A stretch of DNA of 64,000 bases from an uncultured Candidatus Saccharimonas sp. GTDB lineage: Bacteria; Patescibacteriota; Saccharimonadia; Saccharimonadales; OMJO01. The DNA lies in contig CALRAM010000001.1 of assembly GCA_943353165.1 (NCBI GenBank), forward strand, positions 237,803 to 301,802, in the 5' to 3' direction. This document shows, in pieces, positions 47,477 through 55,925 of this stretch. The translations under genes and the position numbers were made by a program. The notes beneath the pieces are model-generated. The model saw nothing but the letters and a program-made list of their open reading frames with translations. It had not been told where the DNA came from and made no database searches. How positions within the stretch are numbered: position 1 is the first letter of the stretch; each line of letters starts with the position of its first letter.

Positions 47477-47479
47477 GTT

Positions 47480-48331
47480 TTACACTAGCAAAATCAGGTA
47501 CGCAGCCGACAATCCCATAGCAATAATCACTAGCGCCAGAATAGATGCCCTTAGCATGCCGTTTACGATACTATCTCTGGACAGTGGATTTCGTCCCAAA
47601 GATATAAAACTACCCTTTACGGAACCGTTCAGTATCAGGCCAGCCAGCACAAAAGTTCCCAGCGCTACAACCATAGCTGCAACGACTTTGAGGGAATTTG
47701 TTGGCTTGCCTGTCAGTTTCTCGCTAAAAGAGGAAAATACATTCTGGGACTGCTTGTTGTCGGCACTAGTTCGGTCATTTAATATCAATTTAACAGGTAT
47801 AATCCCAACGGCTACAGTTTTTTTGGCGCCTTTGGCGTCTTTTATGCCTATTTTGACCACATCTGCGTTCTTGTTAGTAAACGCTTTACCAGCAGTGGCG
47901 ATAATCTTTTTTGACACCACATCTGTCGTAAACAGCATTGCTACCCCAGACAATGCCGAAACTGTCAGCTTGTCTCCGGGCTTTATATCGCCGTTCAGGT
48001 CTGTAACCAGCAAATTTGCGTCACCGCTGACAGTCACCAATATCTGACTGCCTGCAGATTGCAGACCTATCAAACTATCGCTGGAATTTGATGCTACCCC
48101 CACCAGTGTTGATTCATTCTCTAATGTTGTTTTTTCTACAGTATTACTGGTACCTTTGGTCAGGCTAACTATCGAACCAGTGGCCACGGGAACAGTGGCC
48201 AAAAAACCTTGAGTCAAAGCCCCAGCACCCACCGCAATAGTAGATATAAAGGCGGTCAAAATGCCCCCACCTAACACTTTAAATATAGTATGCTTTGTCA
48301 ATTTTGTACCGTGCCTGTTTCTTATCCTCAT
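47480..48331 (-). CDS. hypothetical membrane protein (N-terminal anchor, ~190-aa exposed domain, two C-terminal TM helices)
   Basis: 283 aa. N-terminal TM FKVLGGGILTAFISTIAVGAGAL. C-terminal helices VVAAMVVALGTFVLAGLIL and ASILALVIIAMGLSAAYLILLV flank GRNPLSRD. AAGAAGG RBS. Confidence 0.55.
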   Translation of the reverse strand: MRIRNRHGTKLTKHTIFKVLGGGILTAFISTIAVGAGALTQGFLATVPVATGSIVSLTKGTSNTVEKTTLENESTLVGVASNSSDSLIGLQSAGSQILVTVSGDANLLVTDLNGDIKPGDKLTVSALSGVAMLFTTDVVSKKIIATAGKAFTNKNADVVKIGIKDAKGAKKTVAVGIIPVKLILNDRTSADNKQSQNVFSSFSEKLTGKPTNSLKVVAAMVVALGTFVLAGLILNGSVKGSFISLGRNPLSRDSIVNGMLRASILALVIIAMGLSAAYLILLV

Positions 48332-48371
48332 CCTTCTTATGCTATTTTAACACCAAACGTGCTTTATGGCA

Positions 48372-48400
48372 CAAAAAAGGTCCCTTCAGGGACTTTTTTT
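48372..48400 (-). terminator. rho-independent terminator after rplU
   Basis: The minus strand reads AAAAAAAGTCCC-tgaa-GGGACCTTTTTT: a GC core stem with A/U extensions and a U-tract, 20 nt after the rplU stop. Confidence 0.7.
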
Positions 48401-48419
48401 GTTTAAATACAATGTTTTC

Positions 48420-48728
48420 TTAGGTGATTTTGTCGATTTTCAGGGTAGTGTGGTGCTGCCGGTGACCATGTAGTTTGTGAACCCGTTTTTTGGCTTTGTA
48501 GCGAATAGCAGTTACTTTTTCTCCCTGATAATCCGCAACTGTAACAGTAGCAGTCACTTTTGATCCGACTACTGTAGGAGTACCAACTTTTGTGTCCGCT
48601 CCGTTTATGACCAACAGCGGCTCAAAACTAACAGTTTGATCTGTTGTGTTCAGTAATTCTATGTCTATAACTTCGCCTTCGGTAACAACGTATTGTTTGC
48701 CGCCGGTAGCGATAACTGCTTTTTTCAT
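48420..48728 (-). CDS. rplU: 50S ribosomal protein L21
   Basis: MKKAVIATGGKQYVVTEGEVI matches the L21 N-terminus. The ORF track begins 5 codons earlier at 48743. It is not adjacent to rpmA, which lies 43 kb away. Confidence 0.85.
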   Translation of the reverse strand: MKKAVIATGGKQYVVTEGEVIDIELLNTTDQTVSFEPLLVINGADTKVGTPTVVGSKVTATVTVADYQGEKVTAIRYKAKKRVHKLHGHRQHHTTLKIDKIT

Positions 48729-48813
48729 TTTCTCTAAAACCATACCTTTTTAAATACTTACCGACAAATTCTAACAGAGATGAGTGATTATGTAAACCCT
48801 ATGGTGCTAGATG

Positions 48814-51699
48814 TCAGTCTTTTTCCAAGCTAATATTTAGATTTTCTTCGTTTATGGACATTTCTGCCTGATATTTGTATTTTTTGTCTGTGACCAGTGT
48901 TGTTGCAAGAGTTTCTTGCATTATTTCTGTTCTAAATTCAACAACGACTTTGGTCAAAGTACTACTGTTAGTGCTAATGCATAACTTTATGTGGTCATCA
49001 ACATTTAATTCGGCAACTTTTCTGGAGTTTTGAACCAGTCTAATTAGCTCTCTCATGATGCCTTCCCTCTTTAAGGCTGGCGTCAAAGTTGTGTCCAGAA
49101 CTGCACTGGATTTTTCGTCTCCTAAATCAATGAGCTCTTTTATGTTCAGTTCCTCTAATATTATAGGAGTTAGAACTTCTGAATCTTCTCCCATTACAGA
49201 TAATACCCCCCCTACACTTATCTTTTGTAGGGGCTGTCGTACTTTTATGCCTGCGGCTGATCGTTGGGCTAGGCCATCATTTATCAGGTCCCTGACATAC
49301 TGCATTCTGGCCAACAACAGGCTATCTACATGGCCAGCAGTTGGCCAGTCCTGCAAGTGCACAGATTCACCGCCTGTAAGCTTCATATACAGCTCCTCCG
49401 CCATGAATGGAGCCAAAGGTGCCAATACATAAGCAAGCTTTACTAAAACGTAATGCAGGGTCTTGTACGCGGTCCGTTTGTCCTGGTCGTCTTCGCTTTT
49501 CCAAAAGCGTCTTCGTGACCTGCGAACATACCAATTGCTTGCGTCATCTATAAACGGCAGTAGCGGCCTGACTGCGGCGGCCAGTTCGTAGCTGTCCATA
49601 GCCTTGCCGACTTGACCTATTAACTGATGCAGCCGACTGACTATCCACAAATCCAACGGGTTTGTCAGTAGCTTTGTGGGGTCGTCCAGATTGCCGTCAA
49701 ATTCCCAGCCGTCTACCTCTGCATACATGGTAAAAAAGTCATACATATTCCAGACCATACTAAGTTTTCTAGAGGTATCCACGACATCTTTGTCTGACAA
49801 GTTGGCGTCTTCGCCACTCGTAAGTGGTGAGCCCATCAAAAATAGTCTAAATGCATCCACGCTAGTTTTGTCCATTAGTTCGGTGGGATCAGTGTAGTTT
49901 TTTAATTTTTTGCTAATTTTTTGACCGTCTGCCGCATTTATATAACCTGTACAGATAAGGTTTTTGAATGGAGATTTGCCAAAGAGCGCCACGTTTACTG
50001 CTGTCAAAGAATAAAACCAACCTCTTGTCTGATCAACTCCTTCAACGACAAAATCTGCTGGAAAACTCTTTTCAAACTTTTCTTTGTTTTCGAATGGATA
50101 ATGAAATTGTGCAAAAGGCATGCTGCCGCTCTCGAACCAACAGTCCATAACCTTGCCTATATGACGCATAGTTGCGCCGCCAAACTCAAACTCTACGTCC
50201 ATCACCATCGGCAAATGATAATCTGCTAGTTCCAAACCTGTATATTTTTTGAATTCTTTGTATGAGCCAAAAGATTTTATTACTTCTTCTCCAGCGGGAG
50301 TCCGACCCTTCCAGACAGGGATAGGAGTAGCCCAGAACCTGTCGCGGCTGAGATTCCAATCAGGTGCGCTTTCTATGACGTTTTTGAAACGCTTGTCCTG
50401 CAAGGCTTTTGGTACCCATACAGAACTAGAGTTGGAATCTAGCATTTCCTTTTTTTGACCCTGAATATCCATAAACCAACTGGCGTGGGCTCTGTACATT
50501 AATTTTGTCCCACACCTATGGCAGTGCGGATAATCATGTTGAATGTACTCGATTTTTAGAGCTTTGCCTTCTGATAGCAAGGTTTTGGCAATCTCTTTGT
50601 TTGACTGCCAGATTTCTTGCCCTAGCCATGGTCCAGCCGAATAAATACCGTTCTCGTCTACCACATGCACCACAGGCAAATTGGCGGTTTGGGACAAATT
50701 AAAATCTTCTTCTCCGTAAGCCGGGGCAATATGTACGACACCTGTGCCGTCCTGTGCGGTCACATAGTCCGCCGCCAAAACAGTGTGGGCTAGAGGACCG
50801 TGGTTTTCAAATAAAGGTTCGTATTTCTTTCCTACTAGAGATTTGCCTGAAACATCTTTTATAATTTTAAAGGGTAAAGCCAGGTGTTTTTCGTCTGTGA
50901 ATACTTTTTTTAGCAAGTCTTTGGCTACTATCAGTTTTTTGTGGTCGTATTCCACTACGCTATATGTCAGTTCAGGATTAACTGCCACCGCAACATTGGC
51001 GGGCAAGGTCCATGGGGTTGTCGTCCAGGCCAACAAACTGGCGTCTTCGTCCACTAGTTTTAGATATACAAACAAACTGGCGTCAGTAACTGGTTTGTAG
51101 CTGTTTTCCATAGCCACCTCTGATTTAGAGATCGGAGTAGCGTCTCTAGTGCAATACAAGAGAACTTTTTCGCCTTCATATATTTTGCCATTTTCATAGA
51201 GTTCGTTAAATGCCCACCAGATGCTCTCCATATAATCTTTGTCCATAGTCCTATAAGCACCCTTGAACTCGACCCACCTACCCAATCTATCAATCGTAGG
51301 CTCCCATTCGTTTCCACCCTGCTCCATAGCTGAGCGACAGGCGGTTATGTAGTCTTTGACACTGATTTTTGTGCCAATTTCGCTTCTATTTTCTATGCCT
51401 AGCTTTTTCTCTACAAACACTTCGGCGGGGAGACCATGACAATCCCAGCCCCATCGCCTATCGACTCGCTTGCCTTTCATAGTCTGATATCTGGCAACGG
51501 TGTCTTTTATGGCGGAAATCATCAGGGTACCATGATGAGGCAGCCCAGTTATAAATGGTGGACCGTCATAAAACACAAAAGCCTTGTCGGCTGGGCGGTT
51601 TTTGACAGATTTTTCAAAGGTTTGGTTTTTTTTCCAATACAAAACCAGGTCTTTTTCATATTCTATTGCTTTGCGGCGTGTGCCGTGTTTGAACTTCAT
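48814..51699 (-). CDS. ileS: isoleucyl-tRNA synthetase
   Basis: Class I HIGH-type region PPFITGLPHHGTL and a KMSKS-like GQKISKKLKNY. CP1 editing-domain length and a WTTTPWTLPAN motif. AAGGAG RBS before the ATG at 51699. Confidence 0.95.
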   Translation of the reverse strand: MKFKHGTRRKAIEYEKDLVLYWKKNQTFEKSVKNRPADKAFVFYDGPPFITGLPHHGTLMISAIKDTVARYQTMKGKRVDRRWGWDCHGLPAEVFVEKKLGIENRSEIGTKISVKDYITACRSAMEQGGNEWEPTIDRLGRWVEFKGAYRTMDKDYMESIWWAFNELYENGKIYEGEKVLLYCTRDATPISKSEVAMENSYKPVTDASLFVYLKLVDEDASLLAWTTTPWTLPANVAVAVNPELTYSVVEYDHKKLIVAKDLLKKVFTDEKHLALPFKIIKDVSGKSLVGKKYEPLFENHGPLAHTVLAADYVTAQDGTGVVHIAPAYGEEDFNLSQTANLPVVHVVDENGIYSAGPWLGQEIWQSNKEIAKTLLSEGKALKIEYIQHDYPHCHRCGTKLMYRAHASWFMDIQGQKKEMLDSNSSSVWVPKALQDKRFKNVIESAPDWNLSRDRFWATPIPVWKGRTPAGEEVIKSFGSYKEFKKYTGLELADYHLPMVMDVEFEFGGATMRHIGKVMDCWFESGSMPFAQFHYPFENKEKFEKSFPADFVVEGVDQTRGWFYSLTAVNVALFGKSPFKNLICTGYINAADGQKISKKLKNYTDPTELMDKTSVDAFRLFLMGSPLTSGEDANLSDKDVVDTSRKLSMVWNMYDFFTMYAEVDGWEFDGNLDDPTKLLTNPLDLWIVSRLHQLIGQVGKAMDSYELAAAVRPLLPFIDDASNWYVRRSRRRFWKSEDDQDKRTAYKTLHYVLVKLAYVLAPLAPFMAEELYMKLTGGESVHLQDWPTAGHVDSLLLARMQYVRDLINDGLAQRSAAGIKVRQPLQKISVGGVLSVMGEDSEVLTPIILEELNIKELIDLGDEKSSAVLDTTLTPALKREGIMRELIRLVQNSRKVAELNVDDHIKLCISTNSSTLTKVVVEFRTEIMQETLATTLVTDKKYKYQAEMSINEENLNISLEKD

Positions 51700-51958
51700 A
51701 TAATTGCTCCTTTTGGCACACAAAAAACCCCTATCGCAGGAGCTCCGCCTTTGGCGGAACGGTACCATCCTACTTTACCTAAAAAGACTGTCTTTTAGGG
51801 GGGCTTAATTTCTGCTATGACGGGCGTCTCCCGGCAGGTTCTAGTTTTCCTTTGCTACTACGTAGTGGCAATGGTTTTTCTTCCTGCTCCTTAAGTGGCT
51901 GATGACCACTTCTCTGTCGAATGACAGAACGGATTTATGTATTTTTTGTACTTCGCAC
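51700..51958 (-). promoter_or_regulatory. T-box leader (Ile specifier AUC) of ileS
   Basis: The minus strand carries the T-box core AGUAGGAUGGUACCGUUCC (plus 51760-51770 = cggtaccatcc). It also carries the hairpin GUGG-UCAUCAG-CCAC with the AUC codon followed by A (plus 51895-51909). A candidate promoter TTGCGT-17-TACAAT lies upstream. GCUCCU can pair with the SD AGGAGC, and a UAGGGGUUUUUU tract is also present. Confidence 0.7.
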
Positions 51959-51996
51959 GCTTGTAATTGTAAACCGAATATCGCCACCACGCAACT

Positions 51997-52257
51997 TTAG
52001 TAACTATAAGCCATCAATTCATCCATAACCGGAAACGGCAATCCCTGCCATAGCTTTAGTAGCTGATTGTCTTCGCGCAAGGACAAAATAGCGGGATAAC
52101 TGACGACATCGTACAGAGTAGCCATTTCTGCCCCTTCTTTGGTTTCTAGGCTTAGTAGTTTGATATTTTTTTGGGTTCTACGGGCAAAATCCTTGACATA
52201 CGTTTCTGCTATCGTGGCGTGATCGGACAGTGGATGATAGACAATGACTAGCTTCAT
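51997..52257 (-). CDS. hypothetical small protein, thioredoxin-fold-like but without Cys
   Basis: 86 aa. The beta-alpha-beta pattern KLVIVYH...IKLLSLET...VVSYPAILSL...LLKLWQG resembles the Trx/Grx/NrdH fold with the cis-Pro (SYPA). The CxxC position reads PLSDH. Located 72 nt downstream of nrdJ. Confidence 0.4.
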   Translation of the reverse strand: MKLVIVYHPLSDHATIAETYVKDFARRTQKNIKLLSLETKEGAEMATLYDVVSYPAILSLREDNQLLKLWQGLPFPVMDELMAYSY

Positions 52258-52329
52258 ACATCCAGTTTAGCACAACCGTTTCCAGGCAGCACCTGATAGC
52301 ATTTCGTGGCTACTATTTTATGGTCTTTT

Positions 52330-55095
52330 CTACGAGCAACCAGTGGTTGAACCACAGCTGGTACAAACATAACAACTGCCCGCCTTTTGGGTTTGGTTGC
52401 CACAGTTATAGCACAGCGGAGAGGTGTCGTCAGAGCCCGATGATTTTTGGGCATATTCGTTGACTTCTTTTGTCATAGTTACTGGCAGTGCTTCTATTTT
52501 TTCTATCAGAGCTACTGGTTTTGGTTCCATGGTATCTGTCAACAGACTAGTCTGTTGGTCAGGCATATCGTCTATGGAAGCCAATCCCAGCTCTAGTCGG
52601 TCATCAAAGCTTAGATAGCTCAGCGCCAAACGACGAAATATATAGTCCACTAGTGATGACGCAGTTCGCACATCAGGGTCATCTGTTATGCCAGACGGAG
52701 CGAAAGACATACTAGTAAAAGATTTGACGTAATCTTTTAGAGGTACTCCAAACTGAAGACCGTGACTAACGCTGATGGCAAAGGCGTCCATGACACCCCG
52801 AAGCGTAGATCCTTGTTTGGATATATTTACAAAAACCTCTCCTGGAGTTCCGTCATCGTATTGTCCTACTGTTATGTACCCATGACTGTCTGCTACTTTG
52901 AAAGAAAATGTAGTGGCAGTACGTACTTTTGGCAATTCCCTGCGAATAGTACCTCTGACTATTACCCTGTCGTTCAAACTATCTGCAGAAACGTCTGGGG
53001 TTTCTGTGGCGCCTTCTTTTTTGGCCATAGACAATGGTTGTGCAACTTTGCAGTTATCTCTATATACTGCTACCGCTTTTAGCCCCAGTTTCCATGATTC
53101 TATATGTAGCTGTTCTATGTCTTCAACTGTGGCATCTTCTGGCATATTTACTGTCTTGCTGATGGCACCAGAAATAAATGGTTGTACTGCTGACATCATT
53201 TTTACGTGACCCATGTAATGAATGGAGTTATCTCCCATGGAACACGCAAATACCGGTTCATGCTCCTTTTTTAGGTATGGAGCGCCTAGAATAGACTTTT
53301 CTTCGTCAATATATTTTACTATTTCTGTTACTTCTTTTTTGGAGTAACCCAAGGCATTTAGTGCTCGTGAAACTGTCTGGTTTACGATGCTCATCGTACC
53401 ACCGCCAACCAATTTCTTTAGTTTTACTAGTCCCAAATCTGGTTCTATTCCAGTAGTATCGCAGTCCATCATCAGCCCAATCGTACCAGTTGGAGCCAAG
53501 ACACTTGCCTGTGCGTTCCTGACACCATGAAGTTCGCCCAGCTCTACAGCATCGTCCCACGCTGTTGTAGCAGCACTTAATAGTTCTTCTGCCACCAGAC
53601 TAGCGTCTATCTTAGACACTTCTTCGCGGTGCATTTTTAGGACATTTAACATTCCCTGACGATCCTTGTGAAAACCAGCAAATGGACCTACTTGGCGTGC
53701 CAACTTGGCGCTTGTAGTGTAGGCGTGCCCTGTCAATAGTGCAGTTATAGCTGCAGCCTGAGCCCTACCTTCATCGCTGTCATAGGGTAATCCCTGGGCC
53801 ATCAGCAAGGCACCGAGGTTAGCGTAGCCGATACCAAGTTCTCTGTAAGCCTTTGCATTTTTTGTGATGTTTTCTGTTGGGTATTCACTGTAACCCACTA
53901 GAATTTCCTGTGCTGTAAATATCAGCTCAACAGTGTGCTTGAAAGCTTCTATGTCGAAAGTATTGTCTGCTTTTAGGTATTTCAAGAGGTTAATCGAAGC
54001 CAGATTACAAGCTGAATCATCCAAGTGCATATATTCGCTACAAGGGTTGCTGGCGTTGATGCGACCTGCTTTTGGTGATGTGTGCCATCGGTTTATAGTA
54101 GTATCAAACTGCATGCCAGGATCTGCACACTCCCAGGCTGCTTCTGCAAATTGTCGAAACAAATCTCTGGCTTTGATAGTTTTTACTGTTTCGCCTGTTT
54201 TGACTGCTTTTAGGTCCCAGTCGGCGTTGGCTTCTACGGCCTGCATAAATTCGTCAGTAACTCTGACAGAATTGTTGGCGTTTTGGTACTGAACAGAGAA
54301 CAAGTCTTTTCCGTCCAATGTCATGTCAAAGCCAGCTTTTTCTAGGGCGCGGGCTTTTCGCTCTTCTATAGCCTTGCACCATATAAATTCCATTATATCT
54401 GGGTGATCAGCATTCAAAATAACCATTTTTGCGGCCCGGCGTGTTTTTCCACCGCTCTTTATCGCTCCTGCCGAAGAGTCTGCGCCCCTCATAAAGCTTA
54501 GCGGTCCAGAAGCTGTACCAGCGCTCTTTCCCAAAGTTTCTACAGACGACCGAATACCGCTGAGGTTTATACCTGAGCCTGAACCGCCCTTGAAAATCAT
54601 TCCTTCTTCTTTGTACCAGTTCAAAATAGCTGGCATGGTGTCCTCTACCGCCAAAATAAAGCAAGCGCTGGCCTGTTGTGCGCGACTAGGAACACCTATA
54701 TTAAACCAAACTGGCGAATTAAAAGCCGCTCTCTGAGTAGCCAAAATATATTTTAGTTCCTCTCGGAAATCCGTTGCCTCGGCTTCGGTATCAAAATAAC
54801 TCTCCTGCAAACCTTGCCTAGCAATAGTATCCACAACGCGATCTATCAGGTTGCGTAGCGAGCTTTCTCTATCATCGCTGCCCGGAGTGCCCGTAAAATA
54901 CTTCTGGGCCACTATATTTATGGCATTTTGACTCCAGCCTTCAGGAAAATCAACATCTTTTTGTTCAAAAACAGGTTTTCCTGTCATTGGATTCATAATT
55001 ACAGAGTCGCTCTTGACCCACTTTAGCTGGTCGTAGCCTTTGCTCTTTACTGGTGTTAATAGTCTTCTGTGACCCAAGATTGTTGTTTGTCCCAT
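52330..55095 (-). CDS. nrdJ: class II (adenosylcobalamin-dependent) ribonucleotide reductase
   Basis: 921 aa. Active-site region ...ASNPCSEY..., TGIEPD, and the C-terminal Cys-rich tail CYNCGNQTQKAGSCYVCTSCGSTTGCS typical of NrdJ. GAGGG RBS. Confidence 0.9.
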   Translation of the reverse strand: MGQTTILGHRRLLTPVKSKGYDQLKWVKSDSVIMNPMTGKPVFEQKDVDFPEGWSQNAINIVAQKYFTGTPGSDDRESSLRNLIDRVVDTIARQGLQESYFDTEAEATDFREELKYILATQRAAFNSPVWFNIGVPSRAQQASACFILAVEDTMPAILNWYKEEGMIFKGGSGSGINLSGIRSSVETLGKSAGTASGPLSFMRGADSSAGAIKSGGKTRRAAKMVILNADHPDIMEFIWCKAIEERKARALEKAGFDMTLDGKDLFSVQYQNANNSVRVTDEFMQAVEANADWDLKAVKTGETVKTIKARDLFRQFAEAAWECADPGMQFDTTINRWHTSPKAGRINASNPCSEYMHLDDSACNLASINLLKYLKADNTFDIEAFKHTVELIFTAQEILVGYSEYPTENITKNAKAYRELGIGYANLGALLMAQGLPYDSDEGRAQAAAITALLTGHAYTTSAKLARQVGPFAGFHKDRQGMLNVLKMHREEVSKIDASLVAEELLSAATTAWDDAVELGELHGVRNAQASVLAPTGTIGLMMDCDTTGIEPDLGLVKLKKLVGGGTMSIVNQTVSRALNALGYSKKEVTEIVKYIDEEKSILGAPYLKKEHEPVFACSMGDNSIHYMGHVKMMSAVQPFISGAISKTVNMPEDATVEDIEQLHIESWKLGLKAVAVYRDNCKVAQPLSMAKKEGATETPDVSADSLNDRVIVRGTIRRELPKVRTATTFSFKVADSHGYITVGQYDDGTPGEVFVNISKQGSTLRGVMDAFAISVSHGLQFGVPLKDYVKSFTSMSFAPSGITDDPDVRTASSLVDYIFRRLALSYLSFDDRLELGLASIDDMPDQQTSLLTDTMEPKPVALIEKIEALPVTMTKEVNEYAQKSSGSDDTSPLCYNCGNQTQKAGSCYVCTSCGSTTGCS

Positions 55096-55252
55096 TTTAC
55101 CCTCACTTTTTAAAATTTATAGTTATTGTTGTTTTTGTTTAGAGTTGCGTAACGCTCTCTTACTTTACGCTTTGCTCCCCCCGAGTTTTAAACCCTGCGT
55201 AAACTTAATAGTAACGCATATATATAAAACCGCGGGGGCAACCGTCAAAACT

Positions 55253-55726
55253 CTATTTTTTGACGCCAGTTGCTTTGCGATTACGAATTTGTAATAGCTC
55301 CTTTTCAAAGCCCGCTATATCTTTGAAACGTCTGTAGACGCTTGCAAACCTGACATATGCGACCTCATCCAGTGATGCCAAACCATCCATTACCATTTCA
55401 CCTATTCTGTTTGTGGCGATTTCGTCATCTCCACAAGACCTCAATTGTTGCTCTACATCTGCAACTAGGGCCTGTAACTGCAAATTGGTTACAGCAGTTT
55501 TCTCGCATGCACGATATAGACCTGCCAAAAGTTTTTCTCTGTCAAAAAGCTCTCTAGTACCGTTATTTTTTACCAATATAACCTGTGGTCTCTCTACACG
55601 TTCATAAGTAGTAAAACGATGCTGACAACTGATGCATTCGCGGCGGCGACGTATAGCCTCGCCCTCCGTAACATCTCTTGACTCTATAACTTTGGTGTCG
55701 TTTTTGTGACATCGGCTGCATTTCAT
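55253..55726 (-). CDS. nrdR: transcriptional repressor NrdR
   Basis: N-terminal zinc ribbon MKCSRCHKNDTKVIESR...CISCQHRFTTYE followed by an ATP-cone. Confidence 0.9.
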   Translation of the reverse strand: MKCSRCHKNDTKVIESRDVTEGEAIRRRRECISCQHRFTTYERVERPQVILVKNNGTRELFDREKLLAGLYRACEKTAVTNLQLQALVADVEQQLRSCGDDEIATNRIGEMVMDGLASLDEVAYVRFASVYRRFKDIAGFEKELLQIRNRKATGVKK

Positions 55727-55925
55727 ATTGCACCCCTTTCTTTAGAACTATACCCATATCAACCTTAAAAACTACATTTTTGTGCAGTTTTTTTTAGAAT
55801 GTTATGAAAATTTGTTCAGTTTAAATGTGCTGACCCCCTATTTTTTATCGTACATATGGTGTCTATGTAAGTTATCATAGCCCTAGCTATAGCGTTTTAC
55901 AATACATAAAATGTTGTGCTATTTA

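Noticed and set aside
47299-47479. Calling this intergenic region the chromosomal origin (oriC)
   Set aside because: There are only two DnaA boxes and no adjacent dnaA or dnaN. The boxes are positioned like operator sites for the giant-gene promoter. This is kept as a finding, but not annotated as oriC.
52254-52454. 66-aa ORF overlapping the 3' end of nrdJ and bridging to the downstream small gene
   Set aside because: It lies in an alternative frame of the well-supported NrdJ C-terminal Cys-rich tail. It has no RBS, and its basic low-complexity translation looks spurious.
55848-55920. Candidate NrdR boxes upstream of nrdR (ATCGTACATATGGTGT at 55848-55863 and ACATAAAATGTTGTGC at 55905-55920)
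   Set aside because: Each matches the recalled 16-bp consensus (acaCwAtATaTwGtgt) at only about 11-12 positions. They are about 57 bp apart rather than the usual ~31-32 bp. This is too weak to annotate without a scoring matrix.
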